From: the human T2T-CHM13v2.0 reference genome, Homo sapiens
DNA length: 64,000 nucleotides
Reading direction: 5' to 3' (one strand)
NCBI RefSeq assembly: GCF_009914755.1
Contig: NC_060929.1
Position 1 is the stretch's first letter, and each line of letters starts with the position of its first letter. Below the pieces are notes generated by a model. It searched no databases and was not told where the DNA came from. It saw only the letters and a program-made list of their open reading frames with translations. The position numbers were made by a program, and so were the translations under genes. Positions 59,594 to 64,000 of this stretch are shown here, piece by piece.

Positions 59594-60868
59594 ATGTCAT
59601 AATTTCTTAGTCAAAGTATTAGTTGAAGAATTCAAATATAATGTCCCCTGTCCACTTTTTATTGTTGCTTTATTCGGGGGATATTTACTTTCCTTTTGAA
59701 AAGAAAATTCTTGAAGAGAAACCTGATGGTGGGATTTCAGGCACTGTGGCAGGAAGTAAGAAAGATGTGTTACGGTAGAGGTGGTCACCCTTAGATCAGT
59801 GTGGGCAGTTGCTTGTGGGGCATATTTTGGGGGAGGGGCATTTCTCTCTAAATTGATGTACTAGGAGATAGAGCATATTTTTGCTGCCCCAAGTAAACTT
59901 TTGATGCATTACAAAAAGGAAACATTTGGGCAACTCCCATTTCTGTTGCTTTGGAGCTTAATAGTCATTAAGTTTGTGTTTCTTTATGTGGTACTGAGTA
60001 AAAGCTGAAAGTAGCAGAGATTGTATAGGCCAGTATATCTTTTGTTAGTTTTGAACTTGTTGGGAGCACTTATAATTACCTGTGTTTCTAGAGATAAATC
60101 AAGTGGCACCTCTGTTTCTTTAAGTTCTTCTTTACCTAGCTGAGATTCAGGGGTCTTGCTTCTTGGGTAATAAATTCTACCTAATTTGAAGCTTTGCTTT
60201 CCTTCCAGAGATGTTTGAACTACATTTACTAATGCATATATGCTGTTGGCATAAAGATAAATTTGTTATTGAAGGGATTTTCTATGGAGAGACTGTTCTA
60301 GTCTTGACAGCTGCACTGAGCATGAAAAGTTACCTAAGCTTTCCCAAGTCTATGTTTCCTCAACTGGGAACTGGGGATGATAATGGTGCCTATGCACCCA
60401 TCATGGTTGCAAGTGTATAGAAAAGAGTCATGTAAGGCACAACCACTGCTGTTAATACTAGTGTTACTATTAACATTGCTATAACTAATAATTTATATTT
60501 GAATTGTTCACACTTTAAGTCCTCTTTTTTTTGTTTGTTTGTTTTTTTAGCTCTTCTGATTTCCAGTAGTTTCATAGAGCCATTGCATTTATCATTCTCC
60601 TCCAAGAGCTTAGTTCTCTCTCTGCTCCCCCTTTTCTTCTCTCTTCTTTTACAGTCATGGTCAAATACATTTGGAGAATTTTCCCTTTTACATGTGTATT
60701 CTGATAATAATGTCTAAAGACTGTGTCCCTGTTGACTGTGCTGCATAGCTTATTTTATTGCTCTCCATTTGTCTTAACTGTCTTGCCTGAAGTTGGTAGC
60801 TTTATTCCTAGATTCATAATATGCTCTCTTTACTATTAAAATGTGCATTTTGATTGGGCCTGGCATAC

Positions 60869-61155
60869 TTTTTTTTGAGATAGAGTCTCTCTCTGTCGCC
60901 CAGGCTGGAGTGCAGTGGCGTGAGCTTGGTTCACTGCAACCTCCACTTCCTGGGTTCAAGTGATTTCCTGCCTCAGCCTCCTGAGTAGCTGGGATTACAG
61001 GTATGCACCATCATACCCAGCTAATTTTTGTATTTTTAGTAGAGACAAGGTTTCACCATGTTGGTCAGACTGGTCTCGAACTCCTGACCTCATGATATGC
61101 CTGCCTCGGCCTCCCAAATTGCTGGGATTACAGGCGTGAGCCACCTTGCCCTGCC
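60869..61155 (-). mobile_element. Alu (AluSg-like)
   Basis: Full reverse Alu with TSD tggcatactt on both sides. Confidence 0.94.
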
Positions 61156-63569
61156 TGGCATACTTCTTTATTGTTAATTCTGAGTTATCTGGCATGGGGA
61201 AGCATGGCTCTGATCGTCAGTGTTCATTCTCTGAATTGAGTTTTGTATAGGCATCTCTGTATAAAATTTCTTGATTATTCTTTCCTACTGGTTTTGGCTT
61301 TATTTGGTGATTGCATTTGAAGTAGACTGTTTATTTGAATACTGTAACTATTCATGTAGTTTCATGTTCATTTTTTATAAGTTGTATTTCCTCTCTATTT
61401 TTTTTTAAAATTAGCACTAGAGGAAAAAGCTATTATGAATAGGGTTTTGTTGTTTTTGTTTTAACAAACCCACTATCTCATTGTTTAAGAGAATTTACAC
61501 ACCCTAGAACTGGTTGAATAATTAACCAAAAACAGTAAACCTAGGCATAGCCTATGTATTTAAAAAACAAAAACAAAAACAAAGACGGTAGGACAGGCAG
61601 TGTGAGGTCTAGAAGTTCTCTTTCCCTTTCATGTTATAACATTCTCTGTCTTTAGAGCTCTTAAACCTCTGAAGAGAAAAATCTTATTAGGAAAATCTTT
61701 ATAGTTAAGCAGGGCTGACTTTGAAGTGAGGCACGTGCGCTGGCTGGTATCATCACTCCACTTCAGGAGATGTGAACAGTTGCCATCAGATGTTATCTAT
61801 GAACTTACTCATTGGATTAATGGTTATTTGCTTCAGAAAACTAAAGAGTAATAGGAGAGCAATTCATTTGCTGGCTTTCATAGGGTTCTTGTTTTGAAAA
61901 AGGTCTGTTGTTGAACTGAGATCCTTACAGTTGCATTTCCTTATACCTGATAAAAAGTTTTTTTTTTTAATTCTTAAAATAGGCAGTGCATTTACATGGC
62001 TTAAAGGGGTCTAAAAGAGTATCTAATGAGCATTGCCTCTCATCCCTGTTACCTAGCCATTCAGTTTCTCTTCTTACAGTTTCTTGTGTATCTTCCAGAA
62101 ATATTTTTTGTAGATACAATAAAACACACACACACACACACTCTCTCTCTTAAGATTTTTGTGTCTTTTGACTTATATGGAAAGTTATTATACTTGATTG
62201 TGAAATAGGTTTTACTATGATAATTTGCTGACCTACACTTATTTTGTTTTTTTCCTCTAAAACAATGTTTTCCTAATGTTTATTTACTTTGCTCTTATGG
62301 CTACCCAGTCTGATTCCACATGCCCTCTTTTGGCCAAACCATCCGCAATTTGTGCTCTCCCTGTCTTCTATCTTTGCCTTCCTTCTTCTTTCTTAGATAT
62401 TTAATCCTGGATGCCTCTATTTCTATTCACTGTACTATGGCATCAGCTTATAGTCCCTTAATTGCAATGAACTCTATGAAGCTCACATGTCTAGAATATA
62501 ATCACTTTGGCTTCTTTCATGTTTGAATTGTTTTTCAACCAAGTCAGATCGAGTGGCCTTAGTCTAGGTGCTCTGTTATTGACTGTTCTGTATAATGTTG
62601 AGGATACTTCTATTTAACAAATAATTAATACTAATAATAGTACATCTTACTGTATTATCTATGTAGCCATTAGGCATTTACCATCTTCTTTCAAATGTTT
62701 ATCTTACGGTGTTAGATCTCTTTATACTTCATTAATTTATTTTTCACATCACAGATGGTTTAAAGTCTTCATTTACTATAACAACTTTGAAGGTTTTACT
62801 ATTTCACTGTAGTCTCTTTCAGTTTGTGTATCCAACGACTCCTGTGGTCTTTAGCTCTGGATCCAGGGTCTTATCCAGAAAATCTTCATTTTGTTCTTTC
62901 TTAATTTTTACTGAGGCTCTCTGGTTTTAGAGCCCAAAGATGGATGCTTCTACAGATTTAAGTTTTACCTATTATCACTACAAAACAAACAGAAACCCTG
63001 TCTAATAAGTCTTTTGGTGATTGATATTAGTTTCTGCTTTCTAATATTAGATCTTTAACTTTAGCCATGCACAAACGTTCTGTTAGGGGAATATTGAGCA
63101 TTACCTTAAGCAGTGGTAAAAACTGGCATGCTGTGTTATGTGAAGAAAGAAGATGATTCAGTAAACAAACAAAAGGCATTTATTGCCTTGTGCCAGCTGG
63201 CATCAGTATAGAAAACATGCAGTGTAATGTCACCCATGATATATTCCTGGGAAGTTGAGGTTCAGGATAATTCCACAAAATGGTTTCTGTGTAGAACATA
63301 TCATGGATGACAGGGGGCAGAGAATGCACACTGCCTTTGTCGTTTTCATTGTTGGGCTCTTATCTCAACTGAGCCTCATTTCCTATCCTGATGGGCATTC
63401 TTGTGCCTGATCTCTGTCTGCAGGGCTTCTGGGGCCCTTGACTTCACATCCTCCAGAGGTTGTTCAGTTGATCATGGCAGCTAGTCATCATAGAAGGTGA
63501 TGCTACTTTGCCTGTGGGTGAAGGTGGACTCTGACAGCATCTTTGAAGAATAGGTGATTTTAGTCTCTA

Positions 63570-64000
<431 letters not shown>

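Overview
This is primate, almost certainly human, genomic DNA from inside CTNNA1 (alpha-E-catenin), on the + strand. Four coding exons are visible, each with canonical AG/GT boundaries: 22163-22329 (167 nt), 24307-24426 (120 nt), 36663-36932 (270 nt) and 39648-39851 (204 nt). They splice in frame and match exons 4-7 as I recall them (about residues 101-354: the end of the beta-catenin-binding N domain and the vinculin-binding M1 region). The rest is intron, dense with transposable elements: roughly 40 Alus, plus L1, L2, MIR, MaLR/ERV LTRs and DNA-transposon fossils. Almost all other ORFs in the track are Alu-, SVA- or LTR-derived artefacts. I found no convincing novel gene system. The most notable items are: an antisense, 3'-truncated SVA filling about 72% of the short intron between the first two exons; a tiny L1PA insertion carrying an apparent 35-nt 3' transduction; a young AluYa5 upstream of the third exon; a HERV-H LTR7-family solo LTR and a piggyBac MER85 MITE in the last intron; a strong CTCF motif; a candidate 22-nt poison microexon; and several local duplications and deletion scars. 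Repeat subfamily names come from remembered consensus sequences and need RepeatMasker/Dfam confirmation. Boundaries of old repeats are approximate.
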